A stretch of 64,000 nt of DNA, from the NCBI RefSeq assembly GCF_006345805.1, contig NC_043007.1, positions 50,282,001 through 50,346,000 on the forward strand, in the 5' to 3' direction. Below, piece by piece: positions 36,836-50,472 of this stretch. A program made the position numbers and the translations under genes. Under the pieces are notes generated by a model. The model was given only the letters and a program-made list of their open reading frames with translations, was not told where the DNA came from and did no database searches. Origin of the DNA: Octopus sinensis (Eukaryota). Every line of letters starts with the position of its first letter. The first letter of the stretch is position 1.

Positions 36836-36858
36836 GATCATTATCATTATTATTATTA

Positions 36859-36932
<74 letters not shown>

Positions 36933-37508
36933 GAGTGAGAGAGCAGTTCATGCCATCAAAGTGACCCTGGGGTAAAATTTACGAAGCCCAATATATCCAT
37001 CATGACTACCCGTCTGATAAGGGTACACCAGGTACACATGCATCACAACCATATGTGCGCGACATGGTGATCTCATATCAAGATAAACAGCACATGACCT
37101 TGCAGGTGGGACCCAGTTAGAATTTTCTTCAGGTCGAGTAGCCCATCCCACTCAAAAGGTCCCTGAATAAGGGTTGTTTAAGGATGTTGAAAGAACCACC
37201 CATGTTTCCAGAGGTGAACTATTCAAACTCCAAAGAATCCCTCTCAACACATGGCTATGATGCTCCCCCACTACTTCTGCTCGTGATCAGAGATGCACAT
37301 ATCGTCAGCCACTAAAGGACATGCTCAACTGGTTAAGGTCAAACAACTGACAAGCAAATCTGTGGTATTGAGCAGAATATTTGCTGTAGCCCATCTTATA
37401 TACCAAGACAAAACAATGTACATGATAACACTTCCAATTGTACATGATAACACTTCCAGTTGTACATGATAACACTTCCAATTGTACATGATAACACTTC
37501 CAATTGTA

Positions 37509-37510
<2 letters not shown>
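36933..37510 (-). mobile_element. Non-coding element S4 (~580 bp) embedded in (TAA)n arrays
   Basis: Ends (minus sense) ...ctctctcactc(AAT)n. No long ORF. Second copy adjacent. Confidence 0.8.
37415..37510. repeat. 22-bp tandem repeat aattgtacatgataacacttcc, ~4.4 copies
   Basis: Units start at 37415, 37436, 37458, 37480 and 37502, with no spacers. Confidence 0.95.
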
Positions 37511-37561
<51 letters not shown>

Positions 37562-37563
<2 letters not shown>

Positions 37564-38725
37564 GTATTAAAAACTCACAGCATTATTTGCTGTGCATGAC
37601 GGTAAGCAGCTGTCCACAGCCAGAAGATTAAGGTGACATGTGTTTTACTGCTTATGCTTCAAGAACTATGCGAAGAATTCTTGCAGTTCCGAACAGTGCT
37701 GATTTTTGTTGGTGTTCTACCTTCACATTGGCACCGATCTTTATCAGCCATGCTGGTAGTTGAGTGCCGATACTTCCAGGTGCACCAATTACTATCGGTA
37801 TCTACGTCTACTCTCTTCATTATCACAACCTTCGTATTTCCCACTTTAAATCGTCATAGTTGTTTATTTCTTCTTCTTTCACATTCATCCTGTTGTCACC
37901 GGGGCATGCTATCTCGCTTATCATATATGTTCTTTCTTTCTTATCCACCACAACCGTGCCCCGTTTCCGATATCTGGTCGGGTGATAGCACTGGATCATT
38001 GCATTCCACAGGATTTTTCAATTATCATTTTCGGTGATTCCTTCAGGGGTTTGCTGATACTACGACTTTGCTCTTTGTAGACCATGATATCCACAGAGTT
38101 CCTAACGGATCATTCTTTCCACATTGTCATGGAGTCATTTCTATTCATGTTGTGCCAATTTCGGGCATTCGCTAACGATGTGTTATATCGTTTCACCCCT
38201 CTCACCACACATTCTGTATTTGTCGCTAGCGGTAGTGTTGTCTATTCTGCACTGCATATTATTGGTCCCTAACGCTTGTTGCTGAGCTGCGCATATGAGT
38301 GCTTCCATCTTCAGGTCACAACTTCTCATCTATAGCCACCGGTCCTCTGTATCTGTTTTGGCGTTCACATCTCTTGCAAACTGACCGTAAATTTTCTTTT
38401 CCTTCCATGCTTTTCTTTTTTTTTTGTTCATTTCTTGCTTCTTTCGTTACACAATTTTTCTTTCGTTACGCAATTTTCAGTTTTAATGACACCGGCATTT
38501 TTCGTGTGTTTCAACAGTGGCTCCACGGCATTTCTAATATACTAACCTAGGCTGTTTTCCTCTGCTTCGATACATCCTGTCAACTGATCTAGCCTCTCCC
38601 CACCTTCATTCTTGACAAGTACAGCCTATTGTTGTCACTCACTCTTAGGGTGGAAGGCTCCGTGTACTGTCAACAGTTTTCTGGTCTTGGTATCCATCTT
38701 AGTCAATTCTCTCTTTTGCTATCAA

Positions 38726-38726
<1 letters not shown>
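37562..38726 (-). mobile_element. 5'-truncated R4/Dong LINE (RT end, CCHC knuckle, RLE)
   Basis: RKLLTVHGAFHPKS..RLYLSR, ALICAAQQQAL..RMCGERGETI*HIVSECPKLAQ, RPDI, IACPGD, PIVIGA, GTARILRIVLEA*. (TAT)n on both flanks. Confidence 0.95.
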
Positions 38727-38810
<84 letters not shown>

Positions 38811-38814
38811 GGTG

Positions 38815-39281
38815 TTGTTGTTATTTACTTTTAATCTGGATGTTTGTTACAATCGCTTGCCGAGACACCCAGCGTCCTAGGGCGAGTGAACGATCAGAGA
38901 TGTAACAGTATGACGGAAAACTTGGGGAAAGGAAGTGGCAGGGGCAGTAGCGTAATATCTTCATGTAATACAACAGAGGCATTTAAATGGATAGTTTTTT
39001 AAGGATCTGAGCAATACTTGTGAGTTCAATCTTTTGGATTTCTCTGAGACATGGTTCTCCTGGGATCTTATCTCAATGTTTCTGACATCCCTTTTTAATC
39101 ATACCCAGGGCACATGTAATAACGGAAGCAGTTCTCGTTTTAAGATGCCACATCTTTTGTATTTCAGTTTCCTGGTCCTTATATTTACTTAGTTTCACAA
39201 ATTCCTTTATAGATATAATTTTATCACTTACGTCTATTAATCTACAAGTATTTTCTTCCCAGTCTTCCATTAGGGCATGTC
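38815..39281 (-). mobile_element. R4/Dong LINE 3' fragment (another subfamily)
   Basis: CRLIDVS...KLSKYKDQETEIQKMWHLKT..VITCALGMIKKG..EIQKI..ILKKLSI*. (TAT)n on both flanks. Confidence 0.88.
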
Positions 39282-39291
39282 ATTATTATTA

Positions 39292-39361
<70 letters not shown>

Positions 39362-39761
39362 AGTCGACTTGGTATTCGTTTAGTTAATATGTACAAAAGT
39401 AGGTAAAGTACTAATGGTCAGAGTTAGAGAGCGGGGAGAAGATATGTTTTTTTAAAATAAAGGAGATGATAAGAGAGAGTCATAGAAGAAGTCAAGACAT
39501 TTTCGCAAGACTGAGATGTAGACAGTCCTGAAGTGCGTTTATTTTCACTGGGATAGGGAGACATCAAATGTAAGGATATTTCATTAAAATATCCAACCGT
39601 GAGAAAACAATTTCGTCTATATCTTTCGTTTATATCACCGTCGCTCTGTCTCCCTATCATATAACTATCTTTACTTCTCTAGTCTATCCATCCATCTCTC
39701 TCTGGCTTTGTCTGTCTGTTTGCCTGTCTGTCTCTGTCTTTGTCTCTCTCTCTCTATTTAC

Positions 39762-39822
<61 letters not shown>

Positions 39823-39876
39823 AATCTATCTATCTATCTATCTATCTCTCTCTCTCTCTCCCTCTCTCTCTCTCTA

Positions 39877-39927
<51 letters not shown>

Positions 39928-41313
39928 GTCTGCCTGCCTGTCTGTCTGTCTATCTCTCTATCTATTTCTCTAACTCAAACTAATTGATCCCGGCTGTTTT
40001 TATACATGTTTGTCCCACAAGCCTGCCAAGATATCCATTATACTTTACTGTGAAACACATACTTATCAGGCTCTTTGCGTACATATGTGCGGGCATCTCA
40101 CGTCTATATGTACGTAACTCTGTGTACGTGCGTGTGTGCGTATATGTGTGTGCGCGCGTGCATGCGTGTGTGTGTGTGTGAGTGTATGTGTATGTGTTTA
40201 TGTGTGTTTACATAATATATTTAAAGCTTTTAAAGGATTTAAGACTTTCACAGCTTAAGACCCAGAAAGATAATATCATAGCAGTCTGTTTCGTCACTTA
40301 TTTTGAATTCTTTAACTTTGCAATGCGATATTAGCAAATGTAACTTTTTTATTTAAAGAAGGATTATAGATATATTTTGTTGGTGTTGTTGATGATGATG
40401 ACGACGACAACGACGACGATGATGATAACGTTAATGTTTCTGGTGGTGATGGTGCTATTTGTGTTGCTGTTGGTGTTGTTTCTTATTTCAGTCATTGACA
40501 TTTTTTTGTTATTAATTATGATTTTGTGTGAAGATATCATCAAATCTTCTGTCTTATACAAAAAATGTTAATATCTCATAAACATTTAATTAACTATTTC
40601 GCTCTTTACTGTTACCCCAACTCATTAATACCCATATTACGTAATATAACCCAATTGATATTATTTACATAATTTTAAATTATACACATAATTTTACTGC
40701 TTTTTATTTTGTTTTGTGAAAATATTAGGTTTTTCTCACATATTTGCTGTTCCCTGTTTATATTTAACATTTTATATTTTGTGCTGTTGTTTTTCATACT
40801 TAATTTTGTCTATTCTAATTAAAAAAACATTTCTCTAAAGTAAAGATTGTGTGTTTTAAATAAAGATTATATTTTATTTATATTTTTGTTAATTTTCAAA
40901 ACGATATTTGCTGATTTTGCGTAAGAAGCAAATTAACGGGAGTATTTGAGGAGAACCACATTCCTGATTTTGGTGGAAGATGCTTGAGCAAAATTGCTGA
41001 TAGAAAGCTACTTGGTTTCAAGCCTCCTGGCAACCTCCGTCATACAAATGATTGCAATGTGAAATTGTATCTGACCTCCAGTCACGCCATTCATTCCACT
41101 ATAATGTAGTGATTGCCATCTTAAACAACGGTGATCAAGCTTGGATCTTAGTCCACTATGAGAATGTTACGCTTTCAGATGATGGAGACCGCTGTAGAAC
41201 GGGATATTGATTGGTTAGCAAAATAAGGTAAACATTCTGTTTCACAGTGCCACATTCGAACACTTCTCAGGTACGTTGCTGAATTGTGTATCAGCACAGT
41301 TCAACATACAGCA

Positions 41314-41343
<30 letters not shown>

Positions 41344-41348
<5 letters not shown>

Positions 41349-41520
41349 AGAATTCACAAAAAAAGACAAAGATAGGTGGCGTAGACAGCAAACAGTTGTA
41401 TTAGTATAACGCTCGGGAAGTCAATAAGTCTTTAACGTTTCGAGCCTACGCTTTTCCACAGAAAGGAAGACAGAAAGAAATAAGGAGAGAAAATAAAGAA
41501 TGTGTAGTGGCTAGCGATCT
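41344..41520 (-). mobile_element. PLE family C terminal fragment with HHR-like motif at 41428-41466
   Basis: Homologous to the 9806 and 26364 ends. cuuu CUGUGGA a aagc guag gcuc GAAA CG UU aaag. Abuts (TA)n. Confidence 0.85.
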
Positions 41521-41570
41521 ACACGCACGCACACACGCACACACACACACGCACAGACACACACACACAC

Positions 41571-41612
<42 letters not shown>

Positions 41613-41648
41613 ATATATATATACATACATACATATATATATGTCGGG

Positions 41649-42189
41649 TGCATCGATAACCAGCTGGAGGAGGCTCCTCTTCTCCTGGGTTTAAAAACGG
41701 TAGTAACGTCGATTCCTACGGAACAGCCACACTGATGTGGAAATACTGATGTGAAAATAGGCAATACTTCTCAGTATAGTTGATACTCTTATTTGTTATT
41801 GAGATGTTCTAACTAGCTACTTTGCTTGTTGCATGATCAGTGACTGATTGTCGCTTGGCTTTCTGCATATTGTAGGTTGGAATGAATTATTGCTATTTGA
41901 AGTGGACGGGTGTTCACCACTGACGATGGGCATAAATAACCAGAAACCATACTGTTCGGTGATCCCGTCGTCTACTAGAATATGATATAGATTCGCTCTC
42001 TTGCTTACAATATATATCAGGTATAGATTGCATCGATAACCAGCTGGAGGAGGCTCCTTCTGGGGTTAAAAACGATAGTAACGTCGGTTCCTAAGGAAGG
42101 GCCAGATTGATGTGGCATTAAACAATACTTCTCAGTATAGTTACTACTTTCATCACTTATAGAGATTTTCTAATTAGCTGACTTTGCTT
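41649..42189 (+). repeat. Partial tandem unit (period 380 bp, ~1.4 copies) with one HHR; retrozyme-like
   Basis: 41649-41827 is repeated (diverged) at 42029-42189. HHR-like motif at 41905-41969. No ORF. Confidence 0.7.
41905..41969 (+). ncRNA. Type-I hammerhead-like motif with extended stem I
   Basis: gacggg uguu cacca CUGACGA ugg gcauaaauaa cca GAAA ccauacug UU cggug au cccguc. Confidence 0.65.
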
Positions 42190-43094
42190 ATGTGTGTGTG
42201 CGTGCGTGTGTGTGTGTGTGTATTTTGTATATGTACCATGAGTTCGATATTGTCTGAGAGGTGAGTTTGCAGCAAGGGGTAGGGACTCTGCCCACCGACC
42301 GTTTGTATTTTAAAGAGATGGTTTCTGTGGTTCCCCACAATCCAGTTGTTTACAGAAAAAAAAAGAAATTGATGTGTGTATGTATCTATCTATATATAAT
42401 ATAAATACATCTCCTTGATTTTTTCTCTCTTTCCCGTTCTTCCCCTAATCCTTCCAACCCGCTACTGCCTACCCTTTCGCCTTCTACCGCGTGGCCGGTG
42501 TTCGGCCAACCATGATTTTTCTTTCTTTGCCTGATTGACGACCTCCAACATCTCTTATGACCATTTATGTTCCTGTCTTTAGGCTTTCAGTTTATACACG
42601 CCAGCTCAATTTGATTCATCCTCAGTCGAAAGAAACCTGTTGTTATATTCTTGTTTGTATATGTAATTGTGTAACACGTTCTCCGTTTCTTGTCTTTGTT
42701 GTTGTTATGACATTCGCCTGCTTTCTTACAAAAAATCTAATGCTCTTAGCTTAGACTTTTTGCGGGGCAACCAGACTGAAGAGTCTCAATTGTAACTACC
42801 AGAAACTGTAAGGACATCTGACAACTTGACTGACGAAAGAAGACCACGAATGACTCGTCTTTTTTTCTTATCCCTCTAATTGTTGCTTTTCCTCTCTGCT
42901 TTGTATCGTCTATTTGACCGGATATTTTATTGTCCTCTATTGCGTTTTTGTTCCATTATATATATATATATAAACAATTGCAGCGTGGAAGGTGTTTATA
43001 AGCTGGAAGGTGGAAGGTGACAAAACTATATATACATTAGGGTTATGACTTTTCCCAATCTAATAACCCTATACTGTAGTTCGATGAATTATTT

Positions 43095-45630
43095 TATAAG
43101 AGTCCGGAAATCAACATTTATTGTACTTTATTTGCAAAAAACGTCACCCAAACTTAAGAAATCGTACTCAAATCATACAAAATTCTAGTAGGGTTCATAA
43201 CACCTGCTCAACTTTTTACTAAACGTAGTGTGCTGACTCAAAGCAATGCAGAAATAGTATATCTGAAATTTTAACTTTCTAGTTGAAGTAGTTTCGGAGT
43301 TATGAGTTTTTTAAAACTATAATCACAGGTTGCACTAGATTCACACTTCAGTATTTCAGCTGCCGAAATCCTTGTAAATGCAAGAGGGATGTGGAATAAA
43401 ATTGTATTTATACATTTTTAAGATTACTGAACAGAAAATACAAATGTTCAAAACTTGGCTATTTTAAGACAGAAACTACTACAAGCATTCGATAACATAC
43501 AAAATTGAAAACAATATACATTTTTAACTTTATAGGTTTAATTCCAATTTTAAATAACTGTATAAGAAAAAGAGTGATCAAAGTTAGCAAACATAAAGAA
43601 TTAATATGTTTTGTTAGATAAAATAAATCGAAGCAGAAATTTCTCCTTTTTACAAACATCATAAAGATCTTGAAGGCACTTCGTTGCCCGTCCTGCACTC
43701 TGATTTGTTCTGGGAATTTCCAGTTTTAATGGTTCTCGATTCCAAAAGTTTTTTATAGAGTTCAATGCTTTTTTATGAACTTGCAGGCTACCAAATAATT
43801 TCTAATAATCATGTGCATTGAACATTTGGCAAGTAAACCAACAGCTGTAAGATATGAATCGATAAACATTGAGAAGTAAAACTCATTTCTCTGGTAGAAG
43901 AATAAATGCCAAAAGAGCTGGTATTGCTCGAGAATTCCATCTTGCATTACTGAAGATGGGTGTTTTTTGAAACTTTACAGCAGGAAATTTGCCGGTTTCT
44001 AAAAAAAAATTTCTGGTCAAATGAAATAGAAATTTCATGTCATCTCTGCTGATTCAGTAATCTTTTCACCATTGTTGATATTAGCCTAGAGTTTCTCGTA
44101 ATTACTTAGAAGCTCTAGGATGAATGTATATTCAATATGATGATGACAACCAATAAATTGCGGTTCTTTCAAACCCTTTTTAGCAAACAGTCGTTGCAAC
44201 TGAATGACAATTCCATTTCTTTCCCTAGTTTTTACACTCGTTGTATCAGCGACAATCATCTTTACGCAGTTCCATAAATTGTATTCATCTAAAACAGCTC
44301 TTATTCCTTTCATAACAGTATCAAGCTTTTCTGTTCGGTAATTGGAGTGCCATTAACTTAAAATCTCTCTGTTCATTCTTTAAAACTAGCACTTGGTATT
44401 CTTGGTCATCAATACGTTTACCATCAAAAGGCAATGGCTAGTTTTCTAAATCTACTGTTTTCTTCATTTTCTTTTTTAGTTTAACAGCTTCTTTGATAGT
44501 CGATCGGGGAAGGACTGGGAAGGAGTCTCGACATTGATTCCATCTTGAGATAATTGTATACAGACTGTTGCTGTGTTTGGGGTTGCTAGCTTGGAAGATA
44601 TTACTAACTTGGTTGCAGTTCCAGTATTACTATATTTCCTCCTTGTTTGTGTGGATTCTTCATCTGATTTTTTCGGAGTTTTGATATTCACTTTCAGTCT
44701 CTGCTTCAGACGTTGACGATGGCACTGGAGTTGTTCTGGTTGAAGTTGGCGTTAAGGACACTTTTCTTCTTTTGGATGGATGGATGGTTTTGGAACTGGC
44801 TGTCTTTCCAGTTCCATACCCAACCTGTCCCTTGCTTTCAATTTGAAGATAATATAAGCTTCTATCCTCACTGCACAGCCATTCACTGTTTTCCTTTGTG
44901 ATGTCAAAAATACCTTTCAATGAATCGTATTTTCCTCGTTTTACACATTTATTGTATGTATTCAGCACTACTTTAGCTTGTAACTTTATAATTGGTAGAT
45001 ATGGAAAATTTAATTTCTTTTTCCTTAAAAAAGTTACTTCTTTCGAAATTTCCTTTGTTCTGTCTTTACGTCCTTTGATGGTTCCTCCAAGGAACAGGTA
45101 GCGACAGATATTTTTAGTTTTCATTGGTATCCTGCAGTTGTTTTCCAACGAATGCTCTTCTAGAGGAACAAATCTTCTTTTGCTATGTGAATCTTGAAAT
45201 TGCATGAGATTCTTCGTCCAGATTTCTTGTTTCTTTGAGTGACACAAGCACTTCTCTTATGTGACATTATTTTAGATACTCTAGTTGGATATGACTACTA
45301 TTCTGAGAAACAGTTAATATAGTCAGAGTTTTTAGCGTCACAGAAAGAAAATGAAGAGGAAGAAGAAATTTCCTAAAATAGGGACAAGTGATAACAAATT
45401 AAAAACTCTATAACTCCTAAACTACTAAAATTTGAAAGTTAAATGTTGCGATATACTGCTTCTGCATTGCATTAAGTCAGCACACCAAATTTGGTAACAA
45501 AATTGAGAAGGTACTATGAATCCCATTCGAATTTTGCATGATTTGGGTCAAAAGTGGTGTTACATTTCTTCTGTTGGGGCTGACGTCTTTAAAAAAAAAC
45601 TTAAAATAAAGGTTATTTTCCCTACTTATA
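43095..45630 (-). mobile_element. Divergent hAT-superfamily (hATm-like) DNA transposon, ~220-bp imperfect TIRs, broken transposase
   Basis: TIRs at ~43095-43315 and ~45398-45630. Minus-strand fragments IFDITKENSEWLCSED, IVADTTSV.T.ERNG..FIGCHHHI, RDDMKFL, ARWNSRAI, TNQSA.RA. The subgroup label is from motif recall. No TSD found. Confidence 0.75.
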
Positions 45631-45769
45631 GGAAATTGTTTACTTCCATAAAAATCAAAGAGTCATAACTCTAATTTACATGTGTACATATATATAATAT
45701 AAATACACATGTCATATAATATAAATACAAATGTACATTTATGTATATAAGCCTCAAACTTGACTCCGT

Positions 45770-46032
45770 CGGTCACGAATGATTATAGGTGCACCTAAGA
45801 GGTTCTCCTCCGGGCTACAAGTCTGGGCAGAAAACCGCCTCATCGGTAAACGCACAACCTATTCAGCTTGGCACCAGTGACGTTGCAACTCATTCCTGCA
45901 GGTGAGTGAACTAAAGCAATGTGAAATAAAGTGCCTAGCTCAAGAACACAACATGCAGCCTGGTCCGGGAATCGAACTCACGACCTCACGATCGTAAATT
46001 CGATGCTCTAACCACTGAGCCAAGCGCCTTCA
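45770..46032 (-). mobile_element. tRNA-derived SINE family S3
   Basis: Minus-strand head GGCGCTTGGCTCAGTGGTTAGAGC...GAGTTCGATTCCC, followed by a gtgttcttgagc.aggcac central motif. Confidence 0.8.
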
Positions 46033-46087
46033 CATATATGTGTATATATACATACATACATGCATGCATACATACATATATAGATAC

Positions 46088-46173
<86 letters not shown>

Positions 46174-48786
46174 CATACATTTGTGTTATATTATATCATA
46201 TATACATACATGCATGTTTGATGTCAAACAATGTAAATTTTATGCGGTCGGATTCATTGATAAACGTCCCATCTGTTAGCTTAGTCCTACACATTGTGGA
46301 CTCATACATATAATTGACGTTTTGTCTTAGTTTCATTGTTTGGTACGAAGAAAAAAGTTCAACTGTATTCAGAAATCTGAATACCTGCTTTGATATCATT
46401 AATTTATTATATGGGCAAAGTTAGTGCCAATTAACCCGAATCTACAATTGTCTTGATTCTCGTGAGATTTGAGACGATGCAAAACTGAAATTATCTCCAG
46501 TTGTCTACGTTGTTGCAGATTGATAGACAGACAGATAGATAGATATGATGTAAACACAAGAAGTAATACGGGTAACTCAATCTGAAGGCTTTTGTTACTG
46601 TTGCCATTGAAATAAAGAATTAAAGCGTCTCGTCTTTTCCATGGATTGCTATTGTCTTGCAGCCAGTATATTATTGCTTCTATTCTCCAATATCTTTGTT
46701 CTCTCTCTTTTTTTCTCTCTCTTACACACACACACCTTCGGTCTTTCTCTTTCCTCTCCTTCACCATTTTTTCTTTCTCTATCTCTTCGTTCTCTTCGTC
46801 ACTCCCTTCTCTCTTACGTTTTTCGTAATTGCATCATTTAACATTTCTTTTTATACTTGAAACATAAATCGGACATTTTTCTTTCGAGATTGCTGGACAT
46901 GAATGATAAAAAGCATATAAAAACATTTTAATTAGACACATGCAGATAGTAACATGTTTACGACAATGGTGTGCACTTCCTTGTATTGTCCTCTTGTATT
47001 ACTGGTACAATGTTGAACCAATGAGAGGGCTTCCATGCAGTTTCTCGGCCTGTTAGCTAAAGCAACCAAGTTCTCTAAAATTGCATCCTGCCGTTGTAAA
47101 AGAAGGTCACTTTGGTCAATGTAGACGTTGATATAGAATATAACGAAAAGGTCATGTTCAGAGTGTCTTTGATCATGACTGAATTTCGAATAAACAACAA
47201 GAATAATGTGAACAACAACAACTAATTACTGTAATACATTTAATAAGGTACCAGGCAAGTTCTGCCGAGTCAGTTCAAACAATAGTTATTAGCTTATATT
47301 CTTTAATGAGTGTCACGACTAATTTTTGCAAAGGAAGGTAATAGGCTACAGCTGGACATTTGAGTAAAAACTTATTCCTGAAATAAATCAATACATTATC
47401 TTTTTACTTGGTCTTATATCACATCCGAAGGAGCAAACGTATAATCCACAGTATAAGAAAATATGGGATAGTTAATGTTAGACTTTATTTGCTTACATTT
47501 CCTCTGCTCATTCAGGGCCTATGTGAGGCTAAAGAAGAGCAGCAGCAATAATATCATTCATTACAACTACACAAGTGTGTGGTAAATGCTGTTTAGTAAA
47601 AGTTAAGTTCCTATTAAACCAAGATGTCAACATGGATTCTGTCTCTAGTCGATATCGTTTCTTTACATAGAATTCATCGTAGTAAAACTCATGCAAGAAG
47701 CATAAACACCATAAATAATATCGGGAAAATTTCGCCACTTTGGTTTTTAGTATAGGAGGGTTTATTTCTAGTTAACAACAATACGTTTATATTTACGAAC
47801 AAGTCACAAATAGAGACCGATCTTCTAGGTCAGAAGTTCTAGTCTTTACCCCTACGGTGTTCCCTGATGAGCTTATAAAATCATCAATGGCCCTCATTAA
47901 AGTTATATATTTTTTATTCTTTGCATGAAATATTATCTTTCCTTGTCTTAAATTTTACACAATGATAAATTAATACATCTTCAGTTAAATAAAGCACTAG
48001 TCATTAGTGTGCCACAGAATCGACCGAGAGTTTAGTGATCCGTAAATACACTATGAATGAACAAAATGTTTAACATAGGTCTTCTGAATTAAGATTAATA
48101 TTATGTTAAATGCCAGCGACAATTTTCTTATTATAATTATTATTTATTGTGAAGACTATGAGAAGTGCTAACAGGTAAGATCAGGCATTATCAAACTGGC
48201 AAACAATATACTCACTAACCTAAAAATATAAGAGTTTTATTGTACTAACAATGCGAAAACAAAGTAGAAACTCTTCCTATGTAATGCTTCTTTGTTCGTT
48301 GTGGTGTTGGACAAATTTAAACAATCTAAAACTATTTTGATTTTATTAAATGTGATAAATTGTCTGACCCCGCCCTCTCAATCCTCACACCTTACACAAG
48401 GGTGTCCCTACACCCACCACATAAAAATAACTGAGTTAGGCTAATATTGGTTAATGATGAAAAGAAAAAAAATCAATAAAATAAATCATGAGTAGCATAT
48501 GGAAGATTCCAGAACATTTCACAATTCTGATTAGGAACAATTTTTCAAAATCCCTTTTAGAATGTGGAGGGTGCAGGGTGTGTTAAAGATATAGTTAGAA
48601 TGCTAATAAGAATTGATTGCACTGAATGGGTTCAAGTGAGGAAACACAGTTTGATGATTCAGAACACAAAGTAATATAGTAACGATTAATGGGAGATCCG
48701 TGAGAGTAGGGGGCAGTACATAGTGCCATATAATGTTACCTTTAGGAATCAAAGGCTTTAAGTATTGTGAAAATAAATATGTAAGA

Positions 48787-49315
48787 AGGCGCAGGTGTGG
48801 ATGTGTGGTAAGAAGCTTGCTTCTCAACCACATGGTTCCAGGTGTAGTCACACTGCGTAGCACCTTGGGCAAGTGTCGTCTAATATAACCGCGAGCCGAC
48901 CAAAGTCTTGTGAGTGGATTTGGTATTCGAGTATTATATTTTCCACCTTGTTTCACATGTGCTTAATCTTGTATATATGTGTGTATGGGGGGTGAGAGAG
49001 AGTGTGTGTGTGCGTGTGAGTGTCTGTGTGTGTGTGTGAGAGAGAGAGAGTGTGTGTGTGAGAGTGTGTGTGTGTGTGTGAGAGTGAGTGTGTGTGTGAG
49101 AGTGCGACTTTGTGTCTGTATTTGTCCTCTCATCACCGCTTGACAACAGGTGTTGGTGTTTAGGTCCTGTAACTTAACGGTTCGGGTAAACGAAACCAAT
49201 AGCAAAAGAGACCGATAGAATAAGTCCTGGATTCGATTTGTTCGACTAGGACCTTTCAAGGTGGTGATCCAGCATGGCCGTAGTCAAATGACTGAAACAA
49301 ATAAAAACATAAAAG
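48787..49315 (+). mobile_element. SINE S1 full-length copy
   Basis: Head, expanded TG/GA microsatellite and tail. Confidence 0.85.
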
Positions 49316-49849
49316 AAAGGAACATATCCGGAAGGAGAAATTCTCAGTTGTATAAGAGAGGGAATCAGATGCTAGATGAAATAAATAAATAAATAAATAA
49401 ATAAATAAAAAGATAATAACAAAAACAGTGATATGTTCTTTATATACTCCTTTGCTTAATTCTATTCCCTATACTTAAGAAAATTTATTTATTTAGCAGA
49501 TTACTCAACATAAACATCTTTCAACTGAATGTGGCTAAAATATTCTACTTGTATAGTATCTAGTTAACTTGCATCTACACAACATCTGACCACTTGAAAG
49601 GTGGTGGACCAAGTGCGAATACATTAGAGAATATCAACAACAGAAGCAACAAATAAAATAATAAATACAGCAAATATTAATTTCTACTCTAGGCACAAGG
49701 ACCCAAATTTTGTGGGAGGGGCCAGTCGATAAGATCGTCCCCAGTACGCAAATGGTACTTAATTTATCGACCCCGAAAGGATGAAAGGCAAAGTCGACCT
49801 CGGCCAAATAAATACAAATATTGAACACCTGCTATACCACTATTCTTCA

Positions 49850-49890
<41 letters not shown>

Positions 49891-49891
49891 A

Positions 49892-49922
<31 letters not shown>

Positions 49923-50441
49923 ACTACCACTACTAGTACTGCTACTACTACTTCTACTACTACTATACAACAGGTTAAAATGTGTCTTCCTCCCGGGAGA
50001 ATGAAATAAAATATCCTCAATATAAATGGTGTCTGAGAAGAAACAGAAAATGTTAAATCAGAAGACAAAAAAGATGGGGAGAAACTAAATGTAATATGGC
50101 CAAAAAGGTCACGCGGAGCGGAGAAGGGGACAGTTAACGGAACAACGATCCTGAACCAGAAGTATTCCTTTCTATGGTACTAACGATACTTCTCAGAAGT
50201 GAGAAAATAGCATTATTACAAATAAAGTTCTAGAAATATCAAACAACCGCAACATCACTTATTAATGAAAACATAGCAACATTAGCTGTTACATCACTTA
50301 GAAGAGAATGCCAATGCAGGTGACATTGCAGAGAACGGAAATACACACACACACGTACACACACACACATGCACACACACACACACACACACACATGCAC
50401 ACACACACACACACTCACACATGCACACACACACGCGCATG

Positions 50442-50472
<31 letters not shown>

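Noticed and set aside
37415-37510. CRISPR-like short repeat array
   Set aside because: The repeats are contiguous with no spacers, there are no cas genes, and the context is eukaryotic.
41180-41228. AG/GT-bounded 49-nt candidate exon
   Set aside because: Stop codons occur in all three frames.
42770-42870. Hammerhead-like CTGAAGA...GAAACTGTA and CTGACGA hairpin
   Set aside because: The first lacks an adjacent stem I and stem II; the second lacks GAAA. The region may still be a PLE-type end at (TA)n 42958.
45960-46032. tRNA gene (also the S1 and S2 heads)
   Set aside because: A/B boxes are present, but the sequence continues into SINE bodies and lacks a proper acceptor stem.
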